From Acaryochloridaceae cyanobacterium VAR_48_metabat_390 (GTDB taxonomy: Bacteria; Cyanobacteriota; Cyanobacteriia; Thermosynechococcales; Thermosynechococcaceae), in NCBI GenBank assembly GCA_031422435.1, contig JANPLU010000107.1, positions 32,001 through 96,000 of the forward strand: a DNA stretch of 64,000 nt. Direction: 5' to 3'. This document shows positions 1-11,243 of this stretch, piece by piece. Both the position numbers and the translations under genes were made by a program. How positions within the stretch are numbered: position 1 is the first letter of the stretch; each line of letters starts with the position of its first letter. Under the pieces are notes generated by a model. That model was not told where the DNA came from. It ran no database searches and saw only the letters and a list, made by a program, of their open reading frames with translations.

Positions 1-2029
1 GCCCGCAAGGCGTTGCGGTTTCTAAATTTAAGGTGATGGGGGCGATATTGACACAAAGCTCAATTTCATGACCTTGAGAAGCCTGACAGGCCGTTTCTAA
101 ATGGTGCACTAAATCACGCACATAATCGGCAAAGTTTAGTCGGGCTAAATTTTCAGAGCCATAGAGCTGTTCATGGATCAGCGCCATTGTGCGAATGCGG
201 CTCTGGCTGTCGGAAAACATGTTGATGATTGCCTGATCTGTTGTGTAGCTTGACTGCAGGTTAAGCAGGCTAATAATAATATTGAGATTGTTTTTGACGC
301 GGTGATGGATTTCTTGGAGCAAGATTTCTTTTTCTGCTAAGGATGCTTTGAGCTGTTCTTCAATTTGTTTGCGATCGCTAATGTCAACGCAGTAGCCAAT
401 CCACTCTAGGGGTTTGCCACTATCGTCATAGACGACTTTTTGCTGATCGTATAGCCAGCGATAAGATCCATCTTTATGGCGAAATCGGTATTCTTGACTC
501 ATGAGAGGGCGATTACTCAAGAGCTGAACCGAAGGTCTATCTTCGGGGTGGATACAGTTCTCCCAAAAATCTGGCTCAATGGTATCTAGAGAGCTGTAGC
601 CTAACAGGGCCGGTAGATTATTGCCAAAAAAGATGCGTTGATAAGAGCCTTGAGCAACTGAGCTGTATAAAATGCCAGGGCTAGATGCCAACACATAGCT
701 AATTTGCTCATGCTGCACCATCAGCATTTGCTCCGTGCGGTTGCTGACTTCAAGGGCCTGCTGCCGCTTTTGCTGGAGTTCTGCCTGCTCAATGGAAATA
801 GAAACGTGGGCGGCGACCTGGGTCAGCAACTCTAGCTCAGCAGGTATCCAGTCTCGGACACCGCTACACTGATGAGCAATAATAAATCCCCAAAGGCTGT
901 CGCCTTGCAAAATTGGAACGACAACCTTTGCCTTAACGCCCCAGTCCCCTAAGACTTGAACCATTTGAGGAACGGTATTACGGTAGGCGATGTCAACATC
1001 CGCCACTGCCCGATAGGGCATTTGACTCAAACCCCGCTGACATTTTGCTGAAAATAGCTCCGCCGAAAACTCAACCCCCAGTAGCGAAGGCCACGGTGCA
1101 AGAACAGACTCCGCAATAATGGTGCCAATCTTATGGGCATCAATGCGACACACGACCAGTCGGTCTACCTGAAGACAGCGCTGAATCTCTGAGGTCGTGG
1201 TGTGAAGGATTTGCTCTAACTCTAGCGACTGCCGAATATTTAAGATAAAGTCTGCCAGAATTTTTGATTTTGCGGTCTGTAACTCAAGCGTGTCGTTGGT
1301 GTGTTCTAGCTCCGCAATTTTATTTTTAAGCTGCGCATTTGCCTGAAGGGTTGAATAATTCTGTTGGTTAACTAAGCTTTTAAGCTGGTAGCTCTTGTCT
1401 TGAAGCATCTGCTCAGAGCGCTGAAGTTCACTAATGACCTTCTGTTGCTGTTGAATCTGAAGCGTGCGCTGAAGGGCGATCGCAGCGTGCCCTGCTAAAA
1501 GTTGACAGCTTTCAATTTCGACTGCCTCCCAAGAATGACAGTGAGTATAGTGATGGGCAACAATAGTACCCCAGTTCTGGCTGTTGATAACCAAAGGTAT
1601 TACTAAACTAGACTTAATTTGTAGCTGCATTAAACGCAGCGTGTCGTAGTCTGTTTGATTGAGTAAAGCGTCTTCAATTCCACCATCACCCGTCTGGAAT
1701 CCTAAGCTAGTGCCTCGCAGATCTCTCTCTCGATCTGCAAGGCACTTCAAATCGCTTAAATTGTTGACCCTTAAACCTAAAAGAGGCTGCCAACCTGACC
1801 TCACATGTTCAGAAATAATAATGTTCTGTCCTATTTCATTTTGCTGACAGACTATGACCCGATCAACCTGTAAAAGGCTTTGTAGTGTATAAACTGTAGC
1901 ATTAAGAATCTCGTCAAAATCCAGCGCTTGTGCAATTTTTAGAGCGCTCTTGAGTATCTGAGGCTCAAGAATAGAGTTCTGCCCATAATGGCTTAGATCC
2001 TGGTTTTCGTGATTGTCCAAAACCTGCAT
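1..2029 (-). CDS. GAF-GAF-PAS-HisKA_2 sensor histidine kinase, 3' end runs off the window (absent from the ORF track)
   Basis: Manual translation from ATG at 2029 ([11 protein letters not shown]...). Two GAF domains (QVDRVIV...; QVDRLVV...[19 protein letters not shown]), a PAS/PAC (IHPEDR...[13 protein letters not shown]) and a HisKA_2 H-box ([12 protein letters not shown]). Confidence 0.88.
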   Translation of the reverse strand, partial: MQVLDNHENQDLSHYGQNSILEPQILKSALKIAQALDFDEILNATVYTLQSLLQVDRVIVCQQNEIGQNIIISEHVRSGWQPLLGLRVNNLSDLKCLADRERDLRGTSLGFQTGDGGIEDALLNQTDYDTLRLMQLQIKSSLVIPLVINSQNWGTIVAHHYTHCHSWEAVEIESCQLLAGHAAIALQRTLQIQQQQKVISELQRSEQMLQDKSYQLKSLVNQQNYSTLQANAQLKNKIAELEHTNDTLELQTAKSKILADFILNIRQSLELEQILHTTTSEIQRCLQVDRLVVCRIDAHKIGTIIAESVLAPWPSLLGVEFSAELFSAKCQRGLSQMPYRAVADVDIAYRNTVPQMVQVLGDWGVKAKVVVPILQGDSLWGFIIAHQCSGVRDWIPAELELLTQVAAHVSISIEQAELQQKRQQALEVSNRTEQMLMVQHEQISYVLASSPGILYSSVAQGSYQRIFFGNNLPALLGYSSLDTIEPDFWENCIHPEDRPSVQLLSNRPLMSQEYRFRHKDGSYRWLYDQQKVVYDDSGKPLEWIGYCVDISDRKQIEEQLKASLAEKEILLQEIHHRVKNNLNIIISLLNLQSSYTTDQAIINMFSDSQSRIRTMALIHEQLYGSENLARLNFADYVRDLVHHLETACQASQGHEIELCVNIAPITLNLETATPCG

Positions 2030-2418
2030 AATAATTCACTAAATTAGGTTCTAAAGGCTGGATATAACGAATTAGTAACGGGCAAAATCTCCTGGCAAAA
2101 ATGATACGCATATAAAGCGGTATCTCTCGGTTAAAAAGAAAAAATATAAGGTGTTAGAAGGGACGAAATCTAAGTTTTTAGAGTGGTAATACAAAAGTTC
2201 AATGCATCCGCTTTATTATTGTGGGGCGATCGCCCAGAATCAACATCCGTGAAAAGCCTGATGTTTTGAGTTTGAAGCTTGAGAAATTGTCCGTATTTGT
2301 GCCAGCGCTAAACCCGTTAGCGGTCACATGGGATAGGATTTGAGAACGTGCATCATAACCTTTGCTGCCGTTTATCACCATTCCATCACTTAAAAATTTC
2401 GTTAAACCACTGCTTCCT

Positions 2419-3810
2419 ATGGCTGACTCCCCCACCATTGCCGTCTCACACCTTGGCTGTGAGAAAAACCGGATCGATACAGAACACATGCTGGGCCTTC
2501 TGGTGGAGGCTGGGTACTCCGTAGATACCGATGAAGAGGTGGCAGATTACGTCATTGTCAACACATGCAGCTTTATTCAGTCTGCCCGCGAAGAGTCGGT
2601 TCGCACCCTTGTCGAGCTGGCAGAAGCCAACAAAAAAATTGTGATTACGGGCTGCATGGCGCAGCATTTTCAAGAGCAGCTTTTAGACGAACTCCCTGAA
2701 GCTGTAGCGCTGGTGGGCACAGGCGACTATCACAAGATTGTTGACGTGATTGAGCGCGTAGAATCTGGCGAACGGGTTAAAGAAGTAAGCGCAGAACCCA
2801 CCTATATCGCCGACGAAAATACCCCGCGCTACCGCACCACCACCGAAGGGGTGGCCTATCTCCGGATTGCTGAGGGCTGTGACTACCGCTGCGCGTTCTG
2901 CATTATTCCCCACCTGAGGGGCAACCAGCGATCGCGCACCATTGAATCCATTGTGGCTGAGGCTCAGCAGCTTGCCGCCGAGGGGGTCAAAGAGCTGATT
3001 CTGATTTCGCAAATCACCACCAACTACGGTACCGATCTCTACGGCAAGCCTAAGCTGGTGGAGCTACTGCACGCGCTAGGGCAAGTAGACGTACCCTGGA
3101 TTCGGATGCACTACGCCTACCCCACCGGACTCACCCCCGAAGTCATTGCCGCCATCCGCGAAACCGAAAATATTCTGCCCTACCTAGACTTACCCCTCCA
3201 GCACTCTCATCCAGAAATGCTAAAGGCGATGAACCGTCCTTGGCAGGGTCGCGTTAATGATGCCATTATCGAACGCCTCAAGGCCGAGCTGCCCAATGCC
3301 GTGCTGCGAACCACGCTGATTGTTGGGTTCCCTGGCGAAACCGAGGCGCATTTTGAGCATTTGTGCGCCTTTCTAGAGCGCCACGAATTTGACCATGTGG
3401 GCGTGTTTACGTTCTCTGCCGAAGAAGGCACCGCCGCCTATGATTTACCCGACCAGATCCCGCAAGAGGTAATGGATGCAAGGCGCGATCGCATTATGGC
3501 GCTTCAGCAGCCTATTTCTCTGCGCAACAACCAAAAACAAATTGGCAAAACCGTCCAGGTTTTAATTGAGCAAGAAAACCCCAGCACAGGCCAGCTTATT
3601 GGCCGCTCGGCGCGGTTTTCGCCCGATGTAGATGGCCTAGTCTACATTCAGCCTAATCCTGAAGCGAACGTTGGCGACGCTCAACCCGCCTTGGCTCGGC
3701 TGGGCACCATGGCGCTCGTGCAAATTACAGACGCCGACCCCTACGATCTCTATGGTCATTTGGTGACAGCGCAAAATCTCTTTAATACGCCCGAAGCCGC
3801 AGCGGTTTAG
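2419..3810 (+). CDS. rimO: ribosomal protein S12 methylthiotransferase RimO
   Basis: [15 protein letters not shown], radical-[11 protein letters not shown] and a C-terminal TRAM region. ATG at 2419 preferred over the upstream TTG. Sits upstream of crhR as in other cyanobacteria. Confidence 0.95.
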   Translation: MADSPTIAVSHLGCEKNRIDTEHMLGLLVEAGYSVDTDEEVADYVIVNTCSFIQSAREESVRTLVELAEANKKIVITGCMAQHFQEQLLDELPEAVALVGTGDYHKIVDVIERVESGERVKEVSAEPTYIADENTPRYRTTTEGVAYLRIAEGCDYRCAFCIIPHLRGNQRSRTIESIVAEAQQLAAEGVKELILISQITTNYGTDLYGKPKLVELLHALGQVDVPWIRMHYAYPTGLTPEVIAAIRETENILPYLDLPLQHSHPEMLKAMNRPWQGRVNDAIIERLKAELPNAVLRTTLIVGFPGETEAHFEHLCAFLERHEFDHVGVFTFSAEEGTAAYDLPDQIPQEVMDARRDRIMALQQPISLRNNQKQIGKTVQVLIEQENPSTGQLIGRSARFSPDVDGLVYIQPNPEANVGDAQPALARLGTMALVQITDADPYDLYGHLVTAQNLFNTPEAAAV

Positions 3811-4114
3811 GGGTTTTCATAAGGCATAATCGGCTCCAAGGAGAAATCCGTCTCCTCAATGATTGGCTTTTTGTAACGGTTTGTTGCAGAATAGATAAGT
3901 GCCTAATGAGTCATTTATTGGCTCTCATCAAAACGCACATTTTTTAGTGACGCTGCTCTGCTGAATTCCAGTTTACGGAAAGATAAGCCAGAAGCACTAG
4001 CCTCTTGCTTCATCTCTGTGGATGTGTCTGCTGTTTGCCTTCTTGGGCGAGTTCTGAGCAGACCTTTTCAAATTTGAGCGGCGGCACATTGTTGACCCGC
4101 TATTAGGAGAATTC

Positions 4115-5515
4115 ATGACCTCATTGTTCAGTCAGCTCGGTCTGTCTCAACAACGCGTTCAATGTCTCGAGACCTTAGGTTTCTCAGAACCGACACCCAT
4201 TCAGGTACAGGCTATTCCAATTCTATTGGAAGGCAAAGACATCATTGGACAAGCCCAAACAGGGACAGGCAAGACGGCTGCCTTTTCACTCCCCATTCTG
4301 GAGCGTATTGACCCCAAATCAAAGGCGGTTCAGGCGCTAATTTTAACCCCTACGCGAGAGCTGGCGCTTCAGGTGAGCCAGGCGATTCAAGGGTTCAAGG
4401 CAAACCCCAGCATTTTTGTGCTGCCCATCTATGGGGGGCAGTCCATTGATCGGCAAATTACGCAGCTTCGGCGCGGTGCCCAGCTTGTGGTGGGTACGCC
4501 TGGGCGCGTGTTGGATCTTCTGAACCGAGGCGTTTTAGTCCTTGATCAGCTTCAGTACTTTGTGTTAGACGAAGCTGACGAAATGCTGAACATGGGCTTT
4601 ATCCCAGACGTGCGGCAGATCTTAAGCAAAGTGCCTGAGACGCGCCAAACCGCCTTTTTCTCGGCAACCATGCCGCCAGAAATTTATCGGTTGACGAAGC
4701 AGTTTCTTAAAGATCCTGTCACCGTCAGCATTAAACAGGCTCAGGCCAGCCCGCTTCAGATTCGCCAGATTGCCTACCGCGTGCCCCGCATGAGCGCTCG
4801 GGCTGCGGTACTGCAAACGGTTTTGGAACTAGAAGACCCCGATACCGCCATCATCTTTGTGCAGACGCGACGAGAAGCCGCCGATTTAACCAATCGCCTT
4901 CAGTCCGCTGGCTACAGTGTGGACGAGTACCACGGCGACCTGAGCCAGAGTCAGCGTGAACGTCTTTTGTGGCGCTTCCGTCAAAAGCAGGTGCGTTGGG
5001 TGGTGGCAACAGACATCGCAGCGCGCGGAATTCATGTGGATGATCTTACCCATGTGATCAACTATGACGTGCCCGACAGCCAAGAAAGCTACGTGCATCG
5101 CATTGGTCGCACAGGCCGCGCGGGTAACGAAGGTGTCGCCATTACCCTGGCACACACCTCTGAGCGCTGGAAGATGCGTCAGATTGAGAACCACGTCCGT
5201 CAAGAGATTCCGGTTCTGCCTACCCCAACCAGGGCGCAGATCGAGGAACGTCGCCTTGAGAAGCTGACGGGTGAAATGCGCGAAGCCCTGATGGGTGAGC
5301 GTTTGGCATCCTTCTTGCCGATGATTTCAACCCTGAGTGAAGAGTTTGATATTCGGGCGATCGCTGCTGCGGCTTTGCAGATGGCTTTTGACCACTATCC
5401 TGCCATCACCACTCAGCTTGAGGAGGAGCTTCAGGCCGCACGACCCATTAAAAATCTTAATAAAGTGATTAAGGTGGATCGCCCTCAGCAGGTTTCTTCG
5501 GGGTCTCAGCGCTAG
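4115..5515 (+). CDS. crhR: DEAD-box RNA helicase, CrhR type
   Basis: Q motif PTPIQ, AQTGTGKT, PTRELA, DEAD, SAT, HRIGRTGRAG. CrhR-like C-terminus (ERLASFLP...AIAAAALQM). AGGAG RBS; rimO synteny. Confidence 0.9.
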   Translation: MTSLFSQLGLSQQRVQCLETLGFSEPTPIQVQAIPILLEGKDIIGQAQTGTGKTAAFSLPILERIDPKSKAVQALILTPTRELALQVSQAIQGFKANPSIFVLPIYGGQSIDRQITQLRRGAQLVVGTPGRVLDLLNRGVLVLDQLQYFVLDEADEMLNMGFIPDVRQILSKVPETRQTAFFSATMPPEIYRLTKQFLKDPVTVSIKQAQASPLQIRQIAYRVPRMSARAAVLQTVLELEDPDTAIIFVQTRREAADLTNRLQSAGYSVDEYHGDLSQSQRERLLWRFRQKQVRWVVATDIAARGIHVDDLTHVINYDVPDSQESYVHRIGRTGRAGNEGVAITLAHTSERWKMRQIENHVRQEIPVLPTPTRAQIEERRLEKLTGEMREALMGERLASFLPMISTLSEEFDIRAIAAAALQMAFDHYPAITTQLEEELQAARPIKNLNKVIKVDRPQQVSSGSQR

Positions 5516-5540
5516 AGCATTAAAGTTCGTTGTGAATTAC

Positions 5541-5588
5541 TAAAAATGGCTAGGGGTCTCATTATTACGGGATTTCTAGCCATTTTTA
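5541..5588 (+). terminator. intrinsic terminator-like hairpin after crhR
   Basis: TAAAAATGGCTAG...CTAGCCATTTTTA 13-bp perfect arms, extended inward by G:U pairs, with flanking A/T tracts. Confidence 0.75.
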
Positions 5589-5692
5589 ATAGGCGTGAAT
5601 AAAACGCTTTGAGCTAGGATATTACAGCGCCCTAGTATTGTCTTAAACACTATCTGGCTGGGTATTAATCCTCTGTTTCTGGGTCTGCTCTC

Positions 5693-6298
5693 ATGGAAAA
5701 CTCATCCCCTTGCTTTTGTGAGCTGGCTCCGCTTCATGCCCTTGGAGTACTGAGTGATGCGGAGCGGACTTGGGTAGATGAGCGAGCTACCCAGGATGCA
5801 GATCTTGCCCTTGAGCTAGCGTCTTTTCAAGCAGCAGTGACGAACCTGGCCTACGGGACACCTGAGACACTCCCAGACCCTCAGCTCAAAGCGCGATTAT
5901 TTGAGCGCATCGGTGAACCAATGCCGATCGCTGCCCCTCTTTTAGAACCGCCTTCTTTGTGGGCAATGCAGGCTCAAAACTTATCCTGGCGCAGGCATAA
6001 AATACCAGGCGTTGAAATTGCTGTGATTCATCGAGATTCTTCTACACGTACGGTAGTGGGTATATTCCGAGCGCAGCCAGACGTTAGCTATCCCTTACAT
6101 CGTCATGCTGGGGTAGAAGAAATTTATATGCTGCGGGGTGATTTACAGATAGGCACCACGGTTTATGGCGTAGGAGACTATATACGGTCAGCGCCAGGAT
6201 CGAGTCATCGCCCCACCACCCGCGACGGCTGCGAATTTTTCTTCCGCACATCGTTGGATGATGAGTATTTAGAGATTTCCACGGCACAAGGTGTTTAG
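5693..6298 (+). CDS. ChrR-like anti-sigma/cupin protein
   Basis: N-terminal anti-sigma-like segment (ELAPLHALGVL...LKARLFERI) plus cupin motifs YPLHRHAGVEEIYMLRG and GDYIRSAPGSSH. Confidence 0.75.
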   Translation: MENSSPCFCELAPLHALGVLSDAERTWVDERATQDADLALELASFQAAVTNLAYGTPETLPDPQLKARLFERIGEPMPIAAPLLEPPSLWAMQAQNLSWRRHKIPGVEIAVIHRDSSTRTVVGIFRAQPDVSYPLHRHAGVEEIYMLRGDLQIGTTVYGVGDYIRSAPGSSHRPTTRDGCEFFFRTSLDDEYLEISTAQGV

Positions 6299-6453
6299 GA
6301 CTTCGCTTGAGCAAACCACCACAGCGTCAGCCTTAAACCGATACACTAGAACAGGATTGTGGATGCAGAACTCAACAGCCTATCTGTCGGGTTTTCATCT
6401 CTATCCCGTGAATTCCCAGACGCATTGATTCCCAGACGCATAGGTTCGCAACA

Positions 6454-7860
6454 TTGGTTAGTCAGACATCCCTCGATTCGCAGCCTTGGCAGCAGGATCA
6501 GCTCATTGAAGTCCCAATTGCAGACTTAAGCGCAACGGGGGATGGTGTGGGTCACTGGGGGCCAGACCGTCGCGTCGTGTTTGTGCCCGATGCGGTACCC
6601 GGCGATCGCATTACGGCAAAGCTCACCTTCGTCAAGCCTAGCTACGCCCACGCCTCATTGGTAGAGGTATTAGAACCCTCCACCCATCGCACCAAGCCAC
6701 ACTGTATTGTGGCCGATAAATGTGGCGGCTGTCAGTGGCAGTCGGCGGTGTACGACTATCAGCTTATTGCGAAGCGTGACCAGGTGGTTCAGGCGCTAGA
6801 ACGCATTGGCAAGTTTTCAAACCCTCCTGTCGAAGAAGTGTTGGCTGCTCCCTCTCCGTTTGGCTACCGTAATAAATCGACCTATCCATTGGGTTTTGTG
6901 ATTGATCAGGGCAAGCGTAAGGTACAGGCAGGCTACTACCAAAAGCGCAGCCATCGCCTCATTAACCTCAACCAGTGTCCTGTCCAAGACCCACGCTTAA
7001 ATCCGATTTTGGCGTACCTTAAACTAGAGATTCAGCAGCAGGACTGGTCAATTTATAACGAGCAGTCTCATAAGGGCGAACTGCGTCATCTGTCTTTGCG
7101 AATCGGGCGACGCACAGGGGAAATATTGGTGACGCTGGTGGCGCGGACGGGCAATAACCTGACGGGCATTGAAGAACAGGCCAAGGTTTGGATGAAAGCC
7201 CATCCTGAAATTGTGGGGGTTTGCCTGAATGTGAACGGCGATCGCACCAATCGAATCTTTGGCACCCAAACGCGACGGGTTGCGGGTCAACCTTTTTTGC
7301 GCGAAAGTTTTGCAGGTCTGACGATTCAGGTACACCCCAACACCTTTTTTCAGGTCTATACCGAGCAGGCTGAAGCATTGCTACAGGTGATTTTAGACCA
7401 CCTCAACCTTCAGGGCACTGAAACTGTTTTAGATGCCTACAGCGGCATCGGGACGCTGACTCTGCCCATTGCTCGCGTTGCGAAGTCTTGTTTAGGATTA
7501 GAAGTGCAGACTGATGCGGTTGAGCAGGCCATCCAAAACGCCCAGCTCAACGACATCACAAACGTGGACTTTCAGGTGGGTACCGTAGAGCAAAGCCTTA
7601 TAGACCTAGAGATTCAGCCCGATGTGGTGCTGCTAGATCCACCCCGTAAAGGCTGCGAAGCTGGGGTTTTGCAAAACCTCATTGAGCGTCGGGTGCCGCG
7701 TGTTGTGTACGTGAGCTGCAACGCCGCAACGTTAGCGCGAGATCTTCAGAAACTTTGCCATGAAGGGCCATACCGATTGGTTCGCGTCAAACCTGCTGAC
7801 TTTTTCCCGCAGACGGCTCACGTCGAATGTGCCGCATTTTTAGAGTGTGAGGCAAGCTGA
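6454..7860 (+). CDS. rlmD: 23S rRNA (uracil-1939-C5) methyltransferase RlmD
   Basis: TRAM N-terminus, Fe-S motif C-x5-CGGC, FFQV, SAM motif DAYSGIG, DPPRKG, YVSCN, DFFPQTAHVE. Confidence 0.93.
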   Translation: MVSQTSLDSQPWQQDQLIEVPIADLSATGDGVGHWGPDRRVVFVPDAVPGDRITAKLTFVKPSYAHASLVEVLEPSTHRTKPHCIVADKCGGCQWQSAVYDYQLIAKRDQVVQALERIGKFSNPPVEEVLAAPSPFGYRNKSTYPLGFVIDQGKRKVQAGYYQKRSHRLINLNQCPVQDPRLNPILAYLKLEIQQQDWSIYNEQSHKGELRHLSLRIGRRTGEILVTLVARTGNNLTGIEEQAKVWMKAHPEIVGVCLNVNGDRTNRIFGTQTRRVAGQPFLRESFAGLTIQVHPNTFFQVYTEQAEALLQVILDHLNLQGTETVLDAYSGIGTLTLPIARVAKSCLGLEVQTDAVEQAIQNAQLNDITNVDFQVGTVEQSLIDLEIQPDVVLLDPPRKGCEAGVLQNLIERRVPRVVYVSCNAATLARDLQKLCHEGPYRLVRVKPADFFPQTAHVECAAFLECEAS

Positions 7861-7868
7861 CCCTTGCC

Positions 7869-8828
7869 ATGACCGATGCGCTCTCTCATGCCTATGCGTC
7901 TTTATTTCTCTGGGTTGGTTTAGGCGTGATTCTGTTTCGCGTTTTGCCCAATCAGGTGCCTAGACTGCTGGGGCGTGGACTTTTCTGGGTGGGAATGCCC
8001 GTTGAAATTTTTACCCTAGCGCGGCACACCGATTTCTCTCGCCTGGTCTGGCTTGCGCCTGCTGCAACGGTTTGCACACTGCTGCTAGGGCTGGGAATTG
8101 CGCTGAGCCTGCTGCATCTAAGCGAACGCTGGCCTCAAGACTGGCTAGGTTTACACAGTGAACCTCACAAGGGCAGCTTTGTCCTGTCTGCAATGCTGGG
8201 GAATACGGGCTTTGTGGGACTGGCGATCGCCGCGTCTGTCCTTAGCCCAGAAAATTTAGGGCTTGCCGCCTTTTTTACGGTCATGCACAACGCCTTGGGG
8301 CTATACGGCATGGGTGTTTTAGTGGCGCATCACTTTGGAGAGCCAGAGGATGGCGATGATTCTAAACTTGGCGATCGCCCTTGGTGGACTTCGTTGCTTG
8401 CCGTAGTTAAGGTACCGTCTCTATGGGCATTTTCTCTAGGTGCTTCCACTCAATCCATTGCGTTCTCTGAACGAATCGAAGCCACGTTAAGTCAATCTAT
8501 TTGGGTTGTCATTCCCTGTGGATTTTTGCTGATGGGAATGCGGCTTAGTCAGCTCAAAAGTTTACGCAGCCTTGCCTGTGGCCTAGTGCCTGCTGGCGTT
8601 AAAGTGCTGCTTATGCCTGCGATTGTTGCACTAGCCACACCTTTCTGGGGCATTGTAGGTGAACCACGCCTTGCACTGGTGTTAATGGCAGGCACCCCCA
8701 CGGCGCTGACTGCGCTCGTATTGGCAGAAGAATACAACCTTGACCGAGAGCTAATTGCCAGCAGCATCGCGCTCTGTATGCTGGCCTTGGTTCCTCTGGT
8801 GCCCCTGTGGCTAATGCTTTTAGCCTAG
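7869..8828 (+). CDS. AEC (auxin efflux carrier) family transporter
   Basis: About 10 hydrophobic segments; GNTGFVGL and PTA...LAEEYNLD motifs. Confidence 0.85.
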   Translation: MTDALSHAYASLFLWVGLGVILFRVLPNQVPRLLGRGLFWVGMPVEIFTLARHTDFSRLVWLAPAATVCTLLLGLGIALSLLHLSERWPQDWLGLHSEPHKGSFVLSAMLGNTGFVGLAIAASVLSPENLGLAAFFTVMHNALGLYGMGVLVAHHFGEPEDGDDSKLGDRPWWTSLLAVVKVPSLWAFSLGASTQSIAFSERIEATLSQSIWVVIPCGFLLMGMRLSQLKSLRSLACGLVPAGVKVLLMPAIVALATPFWGIVGEPRLALVLMAGTPTALTALVLAEEYNLDRELIASSIALCMLALVPLVPLWLMLLA

Positions 8829-8873
8829 AAGATAGCTTACCTTCTTGCTTTACGTCACAGAAGTGCGCGCTTT

Positions 8874-11243
8874 TCAGCCCATAGAATCGCTCGACACCAT
8901 TTCGTGAAGGATTTGAGGCTGAAGAAGCCCAGCCTGTTGGCTTAACAGGGTGAAGGCAGCTTCTGCATCTAGGGGCTTAGAAAAATAGTATCCTTGTCCA
9001 ACTTGACAGTAATTCTCGGTGAGAAACTGAAGCTGTTCCTGTGTTTCTATTCCTTCAGCAACAATTTCTAAGCCTAGATTAAGTCCTAAATTGACAATGG
9101 CTTTGACAATCTCGCTATTTTCTGAATTGCTGCCTAAGGATGAAATAAACGATCGATCAATTTTTAGGGTGTGAATCGGAAATTTGTGGAGATAGCTAAG
9201 GGAAGAATAGCCTGTCCCAAAATCATCTAGGGCAACTTGAATGCGCCGTTCGACCAACTGACTCAAGATCTCGGCTGCAGTCTGTGTCTTTTCAATGAGG
9301 ACGCTTTCCGTCAGCTCAATTCTTAAATCATGCGGGTTAAGATTAACCTCATCCAAAATCTGATCAATCTGAGTCATCAAATTAGATTGCGAAAACTGCT
9401 GTCCTGAAAAATTCACGCTCATAAACAAGGGCTGGTGACCGGACAGATAATTTTGCCACTGGCGTAGCTGTTGGCACGCCTCTCGCAATACCCACAGATC
9501 AATGGGAATAATTAAGCCTGTGTCTTCTGCAATCGGAATAAACTCGTCGGGCGAAATTAACCCACGCTCAGGATGCTGCCAGCGCACAAGTGCCTCAAAG
9601 CCCAAAATCTGCTGGGATTTAAGACTCACCATCGGTTGATAGTAGAGCGTTAGCCCTTGGTGTTCAATTGCATGGCGGAGATCGTGTTCGAGCTGAAGCT
9701 GACTCATCACCTGGAAATGCATGGAGGGATCAAACACCTCGTAGGAGCCGCGCTGCTTGCTTTTCGCTCGATACATTGCAGTGTCTGCATCTCGTAAAAG
9801 CTGCGCGGGATGGGTATAGTGCATTGCACTAAAAACAATGCCAATACTGGCTCCTACCATCACCTCATGGTTATCTAGAAGGATTGATGTATTCAGCTTT
9901 TCATAAATTCGATGAACGACATCAATCACGTCGCTCAATTCCCTGATGTCTTCTAGTAAGATGACAAATTCATCTCCCCCCAGTCGAGCAAGAGAGTCTT
10001 CGGCTCTCAGTGCTGACCTCAACCGCTGTGCCACCATTTGCAGCATCTGATCGCCCGCAGCATGTCCAAGGCTATCGTTGATGACTTTGAAACGATCTAA
10101 ATCCAAAAAGAGAACGGCAAATTTATTGGGTTCGAGAAAATATGAATTGAGTCCATGTCGAAGAAAACGCTGAAGCGCATGGTGCAGGCGGTCTAAAATA
10201 AGCGCTCGGTTGGGGAGGTCTGTCAGGGCATCATGGAGTGCGTCATGCCGGAGCTTGCCTTCAATCTTTTTACGCTCGGCTAGCTCTTTTTGGGCGTTTT
10301 GGTAGAGTTCTGCCTGATGGATGGCGATCGCACACTGATCGGCGATCGCCTCCACTAGGGTCAACTCGTACTCTGACCATTCTCGCCGTTGGTCGAAGAC
10401 GTGCAGCTTAATGGCTCCAAGGTACGTTTGCTGGTAGTGGAGCGGCGTAATCACAATAGAGCGAATCGCATAAGCGTTTATCGTTTCTTGAATCTCAGGC
10501 GGTAGACCTGGCTCAGTATCGTGAAGTACAACCTGCTTACCCTGAGTCAAAACATCTTGAAAATGACTAAAAAAGGGGCAGGGTCGACCCAGAAGATTGG
10601 GGATTTTAGGGGTGAGACTACTCACGCACTTGACCCGAAACTGCCCGTCCGTATCGTGCTGAAAAATGAGGCATCGACTGACCTGAAGCGCATCATGAAG
10701 CTCATCTGCCATCGTTTGCAGAACATCATCTAAAACCAGGGTTTCGCGCATCGCCTGAACGATGCGGTTAATGATGGTTTCTCGCCATGCCTGCTGCTGG
10801 ATTTGGGCGATCGCAGCTTTTTGTTGGCGACGCAGCTCAAACTCATCTAAGGCACGCTGCAAAACCATCGGTAGTCGAAAGAGCCGATCTTTTAGGACAT
10901 AATCGGTCATGCCCGCCTTAATAAATTCAACGGCAGACTCTTCCCCTAAACTACCCGTAATTAAAATGAAGGGGATCTCTTTCCCCAAACGCTTGAGGGC
11001 TTTAAACGCCTGCGATCCGTTAAAGTTAGTCAGTCGATAGTCTGACAAAACAACGTCGTAGACGTGATGATCTAGACAGTACTCATAGTCAATGGCTGTT
11101 GAGACGCTGTCATAGGTAAACTGGACATTAGCAGCCTCAAGCGTCATCAAAATCAGCTCTACATCTTGAGAGACATCTTCAATAATGAGGAGATGGAGGA
11201 ATCGGGTCAAACCTGCATCCGTTTTGAGCTTATTCTCATCCAT
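8874..11243 (-). CDS. REC-GAF-GGDEF-EAL c-di-GMP enzyme
   Basis: Receiver (IIED...LSDY), GAF, RAED I-site before GGDEF, FEAL, ELTES, DDFGTGYSSL. Confidence 0.93.
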   Translation of the reverse strand: MDENKLKTDAGLTRFLHLLIIEDVSQDVELILMTLEAANVQFTYDSVSTAIDYEYCLDHHVYDVVLSDYRLTNFNGSQAFKALKRLGKEIPFILITGSLGEESAVEFIKAGMTDYVLKDRLFRLPMVLQRALDEFELRRQQKAAIAQIQQQAWRETIINRIVQAMRETLVLDDVLQTMADELHDALQVSRCLIFQHDTDGQFRVKCVSSLTPKIPNLLGRPCPFFSHFQDVLTQGKQVVLHDTEPGLPPEIQETINAYAIRSIVITPLHYQQTYLGAIKLHVFDQRREWSEYELTLVEAIADQCAIAIHQAELYQNAQKELAERKKIEGKLRHDALHDALTDLPNRALILDRLHHALQRFLRHGLNSYFLEPNKFAVLFLDLDRFKVINDSLGHAAGDQMLQMVAQRLRSALRAEDSLARLGGDEFVILLEDIRELSDVIDVVHRIYEKLNTSILLDNHEVMVGASIGIVFSAMHYTHPAQLLRDADTAMYRAKSKQRGSYEVFDPSMHFQVMSQLQLEHDLRHAIEHQGLTLYYQPMVSLKSQQILGFEALVRWQHPERGLISPDEFIPIAEDTGLIIPIDLWVLREACQQLRQWQNYLSGHQPLFMSVNFSGQQFSQSNLMTQIDQILDEVNLNPHDLRIELTESVLIEKTQTAAEILSQLVERRIQVALDDFGTGYSSLSYLHKFPIHTLKIDRSFISSLGSNSENSEIVKAIVNLGLNLGLEIVAEGIETQEQLQFLTENYCQVGQGYYFSKPLDAEAAFTLLSQQAGLLQPQILHEMVSSDSMG

